Shown: piece by piece, positions 33,113 to 43,716 of the stretch
Layout: each line of letters opens with the position of its first letter
Numbering within the stretch: position 1 is the first letter of the stretch
Source: an uncultured bacterium
GTDB lineage: Bacteria; Krumholzibacteriota; Krumholzibacteriia; WVZY01
DNA: 64,000 nt
Assembly (NCBI GenBank): GCA_965372355.1
Contig: CBDVBZ010000002.1
Span: forward strand, 27,541-91,540
Direction: 5' to 3'
Program-made: the position numbers and the translations under genes
Notes under the pieces: generated by a model
The model's database searches: none
What the model was told of the DNA's origin: nothing
What the model saw: only the letters and a program-made list of their open reading frames with translations

Positions 33113-33745
33113 TTGAATGTAAAGCGTTGTCGCGTTGTGGTGTTGGCGTCGGGGACGGGGAGCAACTTCGGGGCGATTGCCAAGGCGTGTCAACGGGAAG
33201 AGATTCCGGCGAGTGTGGCATGTCTGATTTCCGACAAACCTGAGGCACCGGCGCTTGATTTGGCTCGAGCCTGCGGTGTCGAAGCCCGTGTGATCGAACC
33301 ACCCACGAAAAAAGCCAGTCTGCCACCCGAAACCGAGAACGAAATCGTGAATGTTTGCAGGAGCCTCGATGTCGACCTGATTGCGTTGGCCGGGTTCATG
33401 CGGATTCTCAAGGGTCCTCTTCTCGATGCATACGTGGGGCGGATCATGAACGTCCACCCATCGCTGCTTCCAAGCTTCAAGGGACTGCACAGTGTCCGGC
33501 AGGCGATCGACTATGGCGTCAAGATAGCGGGGTGCTCGGTGCATTTCGTCGATCGCGAAGTGGACGGGGGTGCCATCATCCAGCAGGCGGCGTTGCCCGT
33601 GGAAGAGAGCGACACGGAGGAGTCATTTCTGCAGAAGTTGCACAAAGAGGAGCACCGGATATACGTCCTGGCGGTCAAGCTCTTTGCCGAAGGTCGGCTG
33701 CGCCAGGAGGGCAGACGGGTGAGAATACTGGACAAGCAATCTTAG
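33113..33745 (+). CDS. purN: phosphoribosylglycinamide formyltransferase
   Basis: VVLASGTGSNF...HPSLLPSFKGLH...; TTG start 33113 with AGGAGGG RBS (ORF-track start 33050). Confidence 0.85.
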   Translation: MNVKRCRVVVLASGTGSNFGAIAKACQREEIPASVACLISDKPEAPALDLARACGVEARVIEPPTKKASLPPETENEIVNVCRSLDVDLIALAGFMRILKGPLLDAYVGRIMNVHPSLLPSFKGLHSVRQAIDYGVKIAGCSVHFVDREVDGGAIIQQAALPVEESDTEESFLQKLHKEEHRIYVLAVKLFAEGRLRQEGRRVRILDKQS

Positions 33746-33764
33746 AGCAGCACGCAAAGGAACG

Positions 33765-34664
33765 GTGACGATGACGACACTGATGAACACAAATGATCAC
33801 GGACTGAAACCGGATTTCAGCGGCAAGGTTCGAGACATCTTCGACCTCGACGATCGGTTGCTGATCGTTACGACCGACCGTGTTAGCGCTTACGATGTGA
33901 TCCTACCGGATCCCATTCCCGGTAAGGGTGTTCTGCTCACCCAAATGACACTCGGGTGGTACGGGTTGTTCGGCGATCTGAAGACACATTTTATCACCGC
34001 CGATCACAACGAGTTTCCGGGGATGTTTGCGGGGCGGGAGGAGCTTGCGGGCAGGAGCATGCTGGTCAAGAAGGCGAACCGGTATGATGTGGAGTGCGTG
34101 GTCCGCGGTTACCTCGCGGGGTCGGGGTGGCGGGAGTACCAGGAGTCGCAATCGGTCTGCGGTGTTCCTTTGCCCTCCGGGTTGGTAGAGGCGTCACGAC
34201 TCGACGTGCCGATATTCACACCGGCGACCAAAGCATCGGACGGCCACGATGAAAATATCTCTTTCGAGAAAATGACGGAGATTGTTCCCGCCGATGTTGC
34301 CGAAAAGCTAAGGGATCTGAGCTTCAATATCTACAAGAAGGCTCACGGCCATGCCGGCCGAAACGGCATCGTTCTCGCCGACACGAAGTTCGAGTTTGGC
34401 GAACTCGACGGCGAGATCATATTGATCGATGAACTGTTGTCGCCCGATTCCTCACGTTTCTGGCCCGCCGATTTGTACCAGCCGGGCAGATCCCAGCAGA
34501 GCTTTGACAAGCAGTTCGTGCGAGATCACCTCGATGAGACCGGGTGGGATCACAGCCCGCCCGCGCCCGTGCTTCCCAAGGATGTTATCGATAAGACTCT
34601 GGAGAAGTATCGCGAGGCGTGCCAACAATTATTTCCCAACATAGAACTGGAGAAGTACCTGTGA
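33765..34664 (+). CDS. purC: phosphoribosylaminoimidazole-succinocarboxamide synthase
   Basis: GKVRDIF...LLIVTTDRVSAYDVIL SAICAR synthetase signature. Confidence 0.9.
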   Translation: MTMTTLMNTNDHGLKPDFSGKVRDIFDLDDRLLIVTTDRVSAYDVILPDPIPGKGVLLTQMTLGWYGLFGDLKTHFITADHNEFPGMFAGREELAGRSMLVKKANRYDVECVVRGYLAGSGWREYQESQSVCGVPLPSGLVEASRLDVPIFTPATKASDGHDENISFEKMTEIVPADVAEKLRDLSFNIYKKAHGHAGRNGIVLADTKFEFGELDGEIILIDELLSPDSSRFWPADLYQPGRSQQSFDKQFVRDHLDETGWDHSPPAPVLPKDVIDKTLEKYREACQQLFPNIELEKYL

Positions 34665-36223
34665 ACGACAACCCGAAGCGTACAGCCTTGATCAGCGTCA
34701 CCAACAAGAGCGGGCTCGAAAAGTTCGCGTCGGTTTTGAAAGACAGCGGTTATGGAATGCTCTCGTCTTCCGGGACGATGAAGTTTCTCGAGTCGAAGGG
34801 ATTCGAGGCGGAAGAGATCTCGATCTACACGGCGAGCCCGGAGCTGCTCGGTGGCCGCGTCAAGACCCTGCACCCGAAAATACACGCCGGAATCCTGGCC
34901 GATCGTGACGAGGCTTCGCATCTACAGCAGCTCGATGAGCACGGCGTACGGCCGATCGATCTCGTCGTGGTCAATCTATACCCGTTTGTCGAGAAGTACC
35001 GCAGCGGTGATTTGTCCGAGAAGAAGCTGTGTGAGTACATCGACATCGGCGGAATCACACTGATCCGTGCCGCAGCCAAGAATTTTCACCACGTGGCGGT
35101 GGTAACCGATCCCGGCGAGTACAAAGGAATCGCCAAAGAGATCGCCGACACGGGTGCCGTCTCTCTGGATACACGGCGGCGACTCGCGCGGGATGCGTTT
35201 GCGTTGACGAGCTCGTACGACGCCGCGATCAACGCGTTCTTCAGGGGCAACCTGCCCGCCGACAAGACACCCCGACAAATGGCGCTCGCGCTGGACAAGG
35301 TCGATGATCTTCGTTACGGGGAGAACCCGCACCAGTATGCAGCCGTGTACCGGACGAGCGATGATTCCGCAATTCTCTCTGTGACCAAACACCAGGGCAA
35401 GGAGCTCTCCTACAACAACTATCTCGATCTCGTGTCCGCGTTCTCGCTCGCGCGCGATATGGGCAAGGGCAGTGTGACGATCATGAAGCACACGAACCCG
35501 TGCGGAGTGGGTTGGTGCGGCCAGCCGCTGCCCTCGTTTCGCCGTGCGCTCAAGACGGACCCCGTCAGCGCTTTTGGTGGTATCGTCGCCGTCAACGGCA
35601 CCGTGGAAAAGGAACTCGCGGAAGAGTTCAACAAGATGTTTCTCGAGGTGATCATTGCGAGATCGCTCACAGATGATGCGCTTCGTATTCTTGCCAAGAA
35701 GAAGAACCTGCGCGTCGTGAGTCTCGATGACGCGTGGTGGGAGAAAGCGCCTGCGGGTCAGTTTGGGCTCTTGACGGACGGGTTGTTTCTCTACCAGGAT
35801 GCCGACGCTGGTTTTCCCGAGCTCAAAGAGGCACAGGCGGTCACAAAACGCGCGCCGACGGAGGCCGAGTTGCTCTCATGCCAGATGGCGTGGAAGGTCG
35901 CCAAACACGTCAAGTCGAACTCGATTCTGGTGGCGGACGACGAAGGCACGGTGGGTGTGGGGGCGGGACAGATGAGCCGCATCGATTCGTCGCAGATCGC
36001 GGCTCGCAAGGCGGCCGAAGCCGGCTTTTCCCTTGAGGGGAAGGTCGCTGCATCCGATGCATTTTTTCCTTTTCCCGACGGCGTCATCGCCCTCGCAGAA
36101 ACCGGTATCACAGCGGTGATACAGCCAGGCGGTTCAATAAGAGATCAAGAGGTGATCGACGCGGCGGACGAGGCCAACCTGGCGATGCTCTTTACGGGGC
36201 GTCGTCACTTCCGGCACGCGTGA
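34661..36223 (+). CDS. purH: bifunctional AICAR transformylase / IMP cyclohydrolase
   Basis: ALISVTNKSGL...LHPKIHAGILADRD... typical PurH; GTG 34661 overlaps the purC stop (ORF-track start 34619). Confidence 0.9.
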   Translation: MNDNPKRTALISVTNKSGLEKFASVLKDSGYGMLSSSGTMKFLESKGFEAEEISIYTASPELLGGRVKTLHPKIHAGILADRDEASHLQQLDEHGVRPIDLVVVNLYPFVEKYRSGDLSEKKLCEYIDIGGITLIRAAAKNFHHVAVVTDPGEYKGIAKEIADTGAVSLDTRRRLARDAFALTSSYDAAINAFFRGNLPADKTPRQMALALDKVDDLRYGENPHQYAAVYRTSDDSAILSVTKHQGKELSYNNYLDLVSAFSLARDMGKGSVTIMKHTNPCGVGWCGQPLPSFRRALKTDPVSAFGGIVAVNGTVEKELAEEFNKMFLEVIIARSLTDDALRILAKKKNLRVVSLDDAWWEKAPAGQFGLLTDGLFLYQDADAGFPELKEAQAVTKRAPTEAELLSCQMAWKVAKHVKSNSILVADDEGTVGVGAGQMSRIDSSQIAARKAAEAGFSLEGKVAASDAFFPFPDGVIALAETGITAVIQPGGSIRDQEVIDAADEANLAMLFTGRRHFRHA

Positions 36224-36228
36224 TAGCG

Positions 36229-37767
36229 ATGGCGCAGAACGGTATCGTCATAATCGACTATGGGTCTCAGTACACGCAACTGATAGCGCGGCGCATCCGC
36301 GCCCAGAAAGTCTACTCGGAGATCCTGCCCTGTACTGTGGACCGGGAGCGCGTATTCCGGTCGCATCCCAGGGGGCTGGTGCTCTCCGGTGGTCCATCGA
36401 GCGTTTTCGGAGCCGAAGCGCCCGTTTTGCCCGATTGGTTCGAATCGGTGGACATTCCCGTTCTCGGTATCTGCTATGGGATGCAGCTTCTCGCGCGGCA
36501 GATGGGTGCTCCGGTCGAGTCGTCGCCGGTGGGCGAATACGGGCACACCAGCCTGACGGTGGACAACTCCGATGCGCTGTTTGCCGCCGTACCGCACCAG
36601 CTTCGGGTGTGGATGAGCCACGGCGACCAGGTTCTGGCGGCCCCCGATGACGCGGATGTGATTGCGTCGTCCGAGGAGAGCGTTGTGGCCGCCTTTGTAA
36701 ACCGGTCGCGGAAGCTGTACGGCGTACAGTTTCACCCCGAGGTGCACCACACCGAGAGCGGTGAGCGGATACTCGATAACTTCGTCTTTGCGGTTTGCGG
36801 GTGTTCGCCCGATTGGGTTGCGGGTAGCATCATTCATGAGACCACCGAGAACATCAAACACACCGTTGGTGATGGGCGCGTGATCTGCGCGGTCAGCGGT
36901 GGCGTGGATAGTTCGGTCACCGCGTGTTTTGTCGATCGTGCCGTTGGCGAACGCCTTGTGTGCGTTTTTGTCGACAATGGTCTTTTGCGCGACGCTGAGG
37001 CCGCCGGTGTCGTGGATCTGCTCAACCGGCAGCTCAGCGGGTCGTTGGTCGTCGTCGATGCGGGCGAGAGGTTTTTAGAACGCTTGAGGGGTGTGACCGA
37101 TCCCGAAGAGAAGCGGAAGCGAATCGGTAATTTGTTTATCGAAATCTTCGAAGAGGTGAGCCGCGAGAAGGGACCGTTCGAGTTTCTCGCTCAGGGGACG
37201 CTTTATCCGGACCGGATCGAGAGCATATCGACCTTCGGGCCGTCGGCCACCATCAAGACACACCACAACGTCGGTGGGTTACCCGAGGAATTCGATTTCA
37301 AGCTCATCGAGCCGTTGTCGTCTCTCTTCAAGGACGAGGTGCGCGAGATCGGCGCCGAGTTGGGGTTGCCCAGGGAGCAACTCGGACGGCACCCGTTTCC
37401 TGGCCCGGGTCTTGCAGTTCGGGTTCTCGGAGAGGTGACCGAGGAAAGGCTCTCCATCCTGAGAAAAGCGGACAGGATATTCATCGACGGCCTCAAGCGC
37501 TGGGATCTGTACGATCAGGTTTGGCAGGCGGGAGTGATACTGCTCCCAGTGCAAAGCGTTGGTGTGATGGGTGATGCGCGCACGTATGAGAACGCGGCGG
37601 TTCTTCGGGCGGTCACTAGCACCGACGGAATGACGGCGGATTGGGCCAGGTTGGATACCGCATTCTTGCAGGAAGTCTCGAATCGTATTATTAATTCGGT
37701 GACGGGGATCAATCGGGTTGCCTACGACATCAGCTCAAAACCACCCAGCACCATCGAGTGGGAATGA
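36229..37767 (+). CDS. guaA: GMP synthase (glutamine-hydrolysing)
   Basis: IVIIDYGSQYTQLIARRIR...; ATP-PPase SGGVDSSV motif; C-terminal GMP synthase domain. Confidence 0.9.
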   Translation: MAQNGIVIIDYGSQYTQLIARRIRAQKVYSEILPCTVDRERVFRSHPRGLVLSGGPSSVFGAEAPVLPDWFESVDIPVLGICYGMQLLARQMGAPVESSPVGEYGHTSLTVDNSDALFAAVPHQLRVWMSHGDQVLAAPDDADVIASSEESVVAAFVNRSRKLYGVQFHPEVHHTESGERILDNFVFAVCGCSPDWVAGSIIHETTENIKHTVGDGRVICAVSGGVDSSVTACFVDRAVGERLVCVFVDNGLLRDAEAAGVVDLLNRQLSGSLVVVDAGERFLERLRGVTDPEEKRKRIGNLFIEIFEEVSREKGPFEFLAQGTLYPDRIESISTFGPSATIKTHHNVGGLPEEFDFKLIEPLSSLFKDEVREIGAELGLPREQLGRHPFPGPGLAVRVLGEVTEERLSILRKADRIFIDGLKRWDLYDQVWQAGVILLPVQSVGVMGDARTYENAAVLRAVTSTDGMTADWARLDTAFLQEVSNRIINSVTGINRVAYDISSKPPSTIEWE

Positions 37768-37851
37768 GCGATTTTGCCCGGATTTCGGTAGCTCGATCGG
37801 TTCTCAAAACCCTGGTCGACCCCTTGCCGTTCATTCTTGAGATAAGCATCG

Positions 37852-40260
37852 ATGACACGCAGACCGCTTTTTGTCCTCCTGGTTTCAACAGCTTGCCTTT
37901 TTTCTATTGCTCCATCCGCTAGCTCGACGTTTGTCGACCTTCTCATCGATCGACCGCATCAAAGCCTCCGCGGGCAACCCATCGATCTCGAAGACCGATG
38001 CAACAGCGCGAGACTGCTCGCACACTTTGGGGAGAGCGGACTGGCATACAACGTTTTGCGCGCACGCCCGGCAGGCGAGCCGGTCGACGGCAAGAAGCGC
38101 CGGTTCGAGGCACGGCTGCTGACAGAGATGGGTCTTGTGGAAAGGGCGGACAGCGTTCTGGCGCTTCAATCGTACCCGCGCGAAGAGGGAACGTTCTACC
38201 GACACTGTCTGCAGCGGTCCCGCCTCAACCTGATGGCGGGTGATGTTGATCGCGCCCTCGAGTTCCTCGCGATGATCGACACGCTGTCGCTACCGATCCT
38301 TGACCCGTACAAGGACTACCTTGCGCTGGATTGTCTGACCGAGGCGGGCCGATTCGAAGAAGCCAGCAGAGTGGCCGAGGCACGGGTTGCGGTCGGTATT
38401 CCGACGTCCCTTTCGCCTCGTTTCGAGGAACTGCTCCTCGACGCCTACGTCGGTGGGAAGGATTTCGAGCGGGCGCTCCAGTTCATCGACGTCGTCAAGG
38501 CCCGTCGCGCACAATCCTCGGCGATGGCCGTTGTTCTCGTGAGGGAAGTCGACGTCCTGTTCGCCATCGGTGACAGCGTCCAGGCGGTGGACCGGGCGGT
38601 GGCGCTTTTGCGCGACCGACGCACCCGGCGGCACTCGGTAACTATTGCGGAATCCGTACTCGAAAAAGCAGAGCTCGATAGCCTGTCGGACAGAGCGTTG
38701 CTCGAGCTGAGCGGTGCACTTATTGCGGGTGGCAATCTGGTGGGTGCCGGTGGGACCATGGCGATACTCTCGAAGCGACAGCTCGAAGGACCGCCGGCGG
38801 ACGAATTCGCCGTGCTCTCCGCGGAACGCTACTACAAGAGAAGGCGATACAACAAATCCTACGCGTTGATTCGAGACAAATTTGCCGACGCCTCTCTCGA
38901 GCGCAGGGCCACATTGCTGCGCGCGCGTATTTACCGAAAAACCGGACAGACGATTCGAGCTGCCGAGGAGTACGTGGCATTCGCGAAGAAGTATCCGTAT
39001 GACGCAAAGGCGTCCGAAGCGCTGCTCGTGGCATCCAGCCTCTATCGGCGCGCCGGCAAACGGGCGCGCTCGCTGGAACTCCTGGAGATGATCACCGAGA
39101 TATACCCGAGCAGCCGGCACGGACGCACGGCAGTGAGGAGAATGGCTGCTGAGCATATCGATCGTGATGACTATACCAGTGCCCTCGCCGTCCTGTCGCA
39201 TGCCGTCGAGCGATCGCGGAGGCGAAACGAAGAACTGCTCTACTACCTCGCCGATACGTATCGCCGGATGGGAGATGACGAGGCGGCCGGCTCGGTGATC
39301 GCCGAACTCAGCGAACTGGATCCGATGTCGTTCTACCTGGGCGCGGATGTGGAGGCTAGATTTGCTCAGCCGATTCTCGGGAGTAACGGCCGGGCCGAGC
39401 TCTACGGCGATCGCGGGTTATTGGCGTTCCTCAAACGCGTGTTTCGCGAGCGCGAGCGGGCCTACGCGCGTATTCGATGGGCACTCGATGAACTGCCCGA
39501 GCCGGAAGACAAGCTCGTCGCGAGTTCGAGCCATCTCGAAAGGGCTCGTCGGTTTCTGGAGATGGGCTTCAGGGACTGGGGAGAGGCCGAGTTGCGTGCG
39601 ATAGAATCCGATTTCAAACTCCCACCGAGGTACTGGTTCGAGCTCGGTGTTCTCTACGATGACTTCGCGATGCACTGGCGAAGTGTTCGGGCGTTTCAGA
39701 GAGTCTACTATTCGTTGTCAAAAGATGACCGACATCCGCTCGAGTGGGATTTCGATCTCCTGTCGCACCCCGTGCCGTACCCGGCGCTGGTCATCGAGAA
39801 CAGCTTTCGCAACGGTGTGCCGCCTCACCTCGTTTATGCGATGATGAGACAGGAGAGTCGTTTCGATCTGAATGCGGTGTCCTCGGCGGGGGCGATGGGC
39901 CTGATGCAGCTGATGCCGGCAACCAGCGACCACGTAGCCGGTCGGCTCGGTTTTCCGCAGGAGGGACACGATCGCCTCTTTGTGCCCGAAATCAACCTGA
40001 CGTTCGGGATATGGTACGCGGCACACTTGCTTTCCAGAACCGATGGTGATCTCCTGATGATGCTGTCGGCTTACAACGCCGGGCTAGGCAACGCAAGGCG
40101 CTGGTTTCGCCGAGGCGACGGCACTGCCGCGGTTGTCAGGGTCGACGGCATCGACTACGGGGAAACCAGAGACTATGTCAAACGAATCGTCGAGTCCGCG
40201 AGGGTTTATCACAAGCTGTACTTCGACGCTGATAGTCCTGATCTCGATCCTGCTCGCTAG
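37852..40260 (+). CDS. soluble lytic murein transglycosylase (Slt70-like: superhelical TPR-like N-domain + C-terminal SLT domain)
   Basis: MMRQESRFDLNAVSSAGAMGLMQLMP...LSAYNAG SLT catalytic motifs; signal peptide. Confidence 0.85.
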   Translation: MTRRPLFVLLVSTACLFSIAPSASSTFVDLLIDRPHQSLRGQPIDLEDRCNSARLLAHFGESGLAYNVLRARPAGEPVDGKKRRFEARLLTEMGLVERADSVLALQSYPREEGTFYRHCLQRSRLNLMAGDVDRALEFLAMIDTLSLPILDPYKDYLALDCLTEAGRFEEASRVAEARVAVGIPTSLSPRFEELLLDAYVGGKDFERALQFIDVVKARRAQSSAMAVVLVREVDVLFAIGDSVQAVDRAVALLRDRRTRRHSVTIAESVLEKAELDSLSDRALLELSGALIAGGNLVGAGGTMAILSKRQLEGPPADEFAVLSAERYYKRRRYNKSYALIRDKFADASLERRATLLRARIYRKTGQTIRAAEEYVAFAKKYPYDAKASEALLVASSLYRRAGKRARSLELLEMITEIYPSSRHGRTAVRRMAAEHIDRDDYTSALAVLSHAVERSRRRNEELLYYLADTYRRMGDDEAAGSVIAELSELDPMSFYLGADVEARFAQPILGSNGRAELYGDRGLLAFLKRVFRERERAYARIRWALDELPEPEDKLVASSSHLERARRFLEMGFRDWGEAELRAIESDFKLPPRYWFELGVLYDDFAMHWRSVRAFQRVYYSLSKDDRHPLEWDFDLLSHPVPYPALVIENSFRNGVPPHLVYAMMRQESRFDLNAVSSAGAMGLMQLMPATSDHVAGRLGFPQEGHDRLFVPEINLTFGIWYAAHLLSRTDGDLLMMLSAYNAGLGNARRWFRRGDGTAAVVRVDGIDYGETRDYVKRIVESARVYHKLYFDADSPDLDPAR

Positions 40261-41542
40261 TACCCGGTGGGCGGGAGCTGGCTCCGAGGCGTCAACGACG
40301 CTCGTCGCACCGCCGTGGAAGCACACGCTCGGTCTCCGTCGGGTCAAACAACTCCATCTCGATATCTACTCTGGCTACCGCAAGAAGTTCGCAGAGCCGC
40401 AGGGTGTCGTTGCAATCAAGCACGACTTCGATGATAAAGAGGGTGGGGGAGATGACGCCGAGCTCACCGTCTACGGGGTGAACCGGGGGAGCGGAGAGAT
40501 ATTCTACAACAAGTCGATGACGAGCCTCGGGTTCTTCGGTCGCGAAGCAGACGATGAGCGGATTTTTCGTGATGCGGTAGGAATCGCCGCGGACAGGGAA
40601 GGAAACGTGTTTGTCGCTGATAGCGGCAACAACAGGGTCGTCCGACTGCGCAACGACGAGAACAAACATCTCCGTGTTGTAGGCAGCTTCGATGGTGCGG
40701 ATTCCGGAGTCAACATGCAGCGCCCGACAGATGTCGTCCTGGAGGGTGGAGCCGCCTTTGTGACGGACACGGGCAACAATCGTATCGTCGAGTCAGACCT
40801 CGACGGGCGGTACGTCGAGACCATCGGCAGCGAAGCGGGATTATCGGAGCCTTTTGGAATCGCCGCTCTGGTCTCGGACGAGTGGAACCACTATCGCTCT
40901 CGCTTTATCGTTGTGACCGATTCGGGCAATCAGCGCCTTCTGATGCTGTCACTCGAGGGTGACCTTCTGAAATCGGTGCGTTACGGAGAGATTTCGGACT
41001 CGCGCGGTGGGTTCTTCTTCGTGGCTGTCGATTACTATTCCAATATCTACGTAACCGATTCAATCGGCGGGTGCATTTACAAGTTCGATCGCCAGCTCAA
41101 CTACATTACACGTATCGGGTGCGGCAGCGGATCCGGGGATGATCTTGTCGAACCGAGAGGTATCACGATCTATCGGCGATACGGACAGGTCTTCGTAACG
41201 GAAAAGCGTGGCGCCAGCTACTTCTGGGTCGGCACCGATGTCCAGAATCTCCGTTGCAGCGCGAGGCAAAGCGGGGATGGGCTCGAGCTCAGCGTTCGGT
41301 TCCTCCTGACGGAACGCTCGACGGTGACCATCCGGTTGGAATCAGAAGACGGCGCCGTGGTGGAGACGATCGCCGACAGGCGCCTGATGCAACCGGGAGG
41401 ACGCGAGCTCGGGTATCACGTCGACGAAGTCCCTTGCCCGCTCGCAGACTGCGGGTACCATGTGACCATCGAGGCGCGGGCGACGTATTCCTCGCGCGAG
41501 TACTTCTCCGTCAACCGAAGTGCTCCGGTCAGAGGCTACTAG
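40175..41542 (+). CDS. membrane-anchored NHL-repeat beta-propeller protein (start uncertain; overlaps the 3' end of slt)
   Basis: Repeated FVADSGNNRVVRL / FVTDTGNNRIVES / VVTDSGNQRLLML NHL repeats; N-terminal TM helix. Confidence 0.7.
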   Translation: MSNESSSPRGFITSCTSTLIVLISILLASTRWAGAGSEASTTLVAPPWKHTLGLRRVKQLHLDIYSGYRKKFAEPQGVVAIKHDFDDKEGGGDDAELTVYGVNRGSGEIFYNKSMTSLGFFGREADDERIFRDAVGIAADREGNVFVADSGNNRVVRLRNDENKHLRVVGSFDGADSGVNMQRPTDVVLEGGAAFVTDTGNNRIVESDLDGRYVETIGSEAGLSEPFGIAALVSDEWNHYRSRFIVVTDSGNQRLLMLSLEGDLLKSVRYGEISDSRGGFFFVAVDYYSNIYVTDSIGGCIYKFDRQLNYITRIGCGSGSGDDLVEPRGITIYRRYGQVFVTEKRGASYFWVGTDVQNLRCSARQSGDGLELSVRFLLTERSTVTIRLESEDGAVVETIADRRLMQPGGRELGYHVDEVPCPLADCGYHVTIEARATYSSREYFSVNRSAPVRGY

Positions 41543-41826
41543 CCCCCACCATCACCGTTCCTGAGGACGAATCGCGCAACCAGCCACGGTCATTCGAGTT
41601 TTCCGATACGCCGATTGCCTCTGGCATTCCCCGTTGTACCCCTAAATTCCCGAGAGAGGCGGATCGTACCCTTGGCCCTATTATTGCTACTATTGACCAT
41701 GGTCGCCGCGATCTCGTGGGATGTGGCTCGATATAAGTTATTGTGAGCACACGATATATGCAGGACACGTCCTCTTAACGGCGACCCGGGTCTTCCTCGA
41801 CGCTGCTGGCTTTCCCCGAGCGGCGG

Positions 41827-41841
41827 TGGCACGGAACGAGC
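41827..41841 (+). promoter_or_regulatory. candidate sigma-54 promoter TGGCACG-gaacga-GC upstream of the TPR gene (weak -12 element)
   Basis: GG-N10-GC spacing with strong -24 TGGCACG; the -12 lacks the TT of the consensus. Confidence 0.25.
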
Positions 41842-41940
41842 CAGAGGGCAGCGCAGTGGCAGCCGGACAGGTTCGGAAGACTCTCATCCAGGCGGATGGT
41901 CACAGGTCGTACCGGCGTTTTTCCGGTTTCGCGTTAGGGG

Positions 41941-42885
41941 TTGGTCATGTTTCTCAAACGATTCTTTAGCTTCATTCCAAGAAATGAATTCTCGCGCGCC
42001 CTCGATCTCTTCAACGAAGGTCACTATCGAAAAGCGCTGAAGATGTTCGATAGACAACTCGCCCAGTACGAGCCGGGCGATGACGTCGATGTGCCAACGG
42101 TCGAGTTGTATGCGTGTGAGTCACATGTGGCGCTCAGCCGCGAGTTCATGAACGAGGGCAACATGGAACAGGCGTGTCGGGAGATGGAACTCGCCGTCGA
42201 CCTCAAGCCCAATTTCGCCGATCTCCGATTCACGCTTGGCAATCTGCATATGGAAGTCAGCCGTTTCGACGAGGCGCGGCACAACTTCGCGCGAGCCTTG
42301 GAAATCAATCCCAAGTATTTCAAGGCAAGCGCGGATCTGGCTCAGGCGCACTACGCCGCGGGCGATCGTCAAATGGCGATGGATCAGCTGGAGAAGGCAA
42401 AAGACCACTGCCCGACGTTCTACAAACAGAATCTCAACGACCTCGTCCATTTGATACGCATCGATGAGGATAACGAGGAAGTGCGCCGCGCCTTTCACGA
42501 GATCCTGGAGGAGCGACCGAGCTCCGCTCAGGTCAGTCGCGAGGTGGCAATCGAGGCGATCCACAACGGCAACTTCACGGAAGCGATCCGTGAGTTGAAG
42601 AAGGCGATAGCGCTCAACCCCGACTATCCGGATCTTCACAACTACCTCGGTATTGCATACGGAAACAACGCCATGGTGGATGATTCCATCGAGGAGTTCG
42701 AGGTTTCGCTCAAAATCAATCCCTACTATCTCAAGGCGCGGTTGAACCTTGCTCTGGCACTGTACGACTGCGGCCGCTATATCGAGGCGCAGAGCCACAT
42801 CGAGCGGGTGCTGAGTGTGAAGCCGGATAATCAACTCGCCCGGAATCTCCAGGAAGAGCTCAAAGCGGTGAGTGGCGGGAAGTAG
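41941..42885 (+). CDS. TPR-repeat protein
   Basis: Multiple 34-aa tetratricopeptide repeats (e.g. AVDLKPNFADLRFTLGNLHMEVSRFDEARHNFARALEINP). Confidence 0.7.
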   Translation: MVMFLKRFFSFIPRNEFSRALDLFNEGHYRKALKMFDRQLAQYEPGDDVDVPTVELYACESHVALSREFMNEGNMEQACREMELAVDLKPNFADLRFTLGNLHMEVSRFDEARHNFARALEINPKYFKASADLAQAHYAAGDRQMAMDQLEKAKDHCPTFYKQNLNDLVHLIRIDEDNEEVRRAFHEILEERPSSAQVSREVAIEAIHNGNFTEAIRELKKAIALNPDYPDLHNYLGIAYGNNAMVDDSIEEFEVSLKINPYYLKARLNLALALYDCGRYIEAQSHIERVLSVKPDNQLARNLQEELKAVSGGK

Positions 42886-42892
42886 AGAGGCC

Positions 42893-43618
42893 ATGGCTCA
42901 GAAAAAAGCAAAATTCATCGATTACTACGAGGTGCTCCGCGCCTGGCCAACGGCGTCCGAAAGCGCCATTAAAAAGGCCTACTTCAGCCTTGCCAAGGTG
43001 TATCACCCCGATGTCGCGAGCAAGGCGGCGGGCGAGGAAAGAGACAACAGCATTGATTTCAAGCTCATAAACGAGGCCTACGCCGTGCTCAGTGATCCCG
43101 CGAAGCGGAGAGAGTTCGACGAAAAGCTGAGACAGAAGCGCGGGCCAAAAGCAGAGAAGGCCGCCAAACCGGCAGCCGACCGGCGATCGGCACACCTCGC
43201 CTATGAGCAGGCACGCACCGCGATGAAACACAATCGCTTTGATAAGGCCGCCGTGCTCCTCAAGAGCGCGATAAAATATGATGAAAGCAACGCGGCGTAC
43301 TTCAGCTGGTACGGCTACGCGTTGGCTGCCCTTAAGACCCGGTTGCACGAGGCGAGGGACGTCTGCAAGAAGGCGCTGGAGATAGAGTTTTACAACGCCG
43401 ACTATCACGCCAACCTCGGATACGTATACCTCCGGGCGGGGCTAGAGAGCACCGCAATGGAGAGTTTTGCAGAGGCACTAAAGTGGGACCCCCAGCACCC
43501 GATGGCCAGCAAGTACGTCCACGGTACCGGTCAGGCCAAGCCCAAGAATCTTCTGCAGAAGGTCATCGACTTCATCATGGGGAAAGGCGCCCAGAGGTCC
43601 TCTCCAAAGAAGACCTAA
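42893..43618 (+). CDS. J-domain (DnaJ-like) protein with C-terminal TPR repeats
   Basis: DYYEVL...AIKKAYFSLAKVYHPDV...NEAYAVLSDPAKRREFD with HPD motif; followed by TPR-like repeats. Confidence 0.8.
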   Translation: MAQKKAKFIDYYEVLRAWPTASESAIKKAYFSLAKVYHPDVASKAAGEERDNSIDFKLINEAYAVLSDPAKRREFDEKLRQKRGPKAEKAAKPAADRRSAHLAYEQARTAMKHNRFDKAAVLLKSAIKYDESNAAYFSWYGYALAALKTRLHEARDVCKKALEIEFYNADYHANLGYVYLRAGLESTAMESFAEALKWDPQHPMASKYVHGTGQAKPKNLLQKVIDFIMGKGAQRSSPKKT

Positions 43619-43716
43619 CCCCCAGTCGATTAGATCGTTACAGCTCCTTCAAAACTTAGGTTGACAGCATAGAGCCGTCCTTTGTTAAATCGTCTCGGGC
43701 CACACCCGAGAAAACG

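Noticed and set aside
38290-39201. 303-aa - strand ORF
   Set aside because: Antisense shadow ORF inside the Slt lytic transglycosylase gene.
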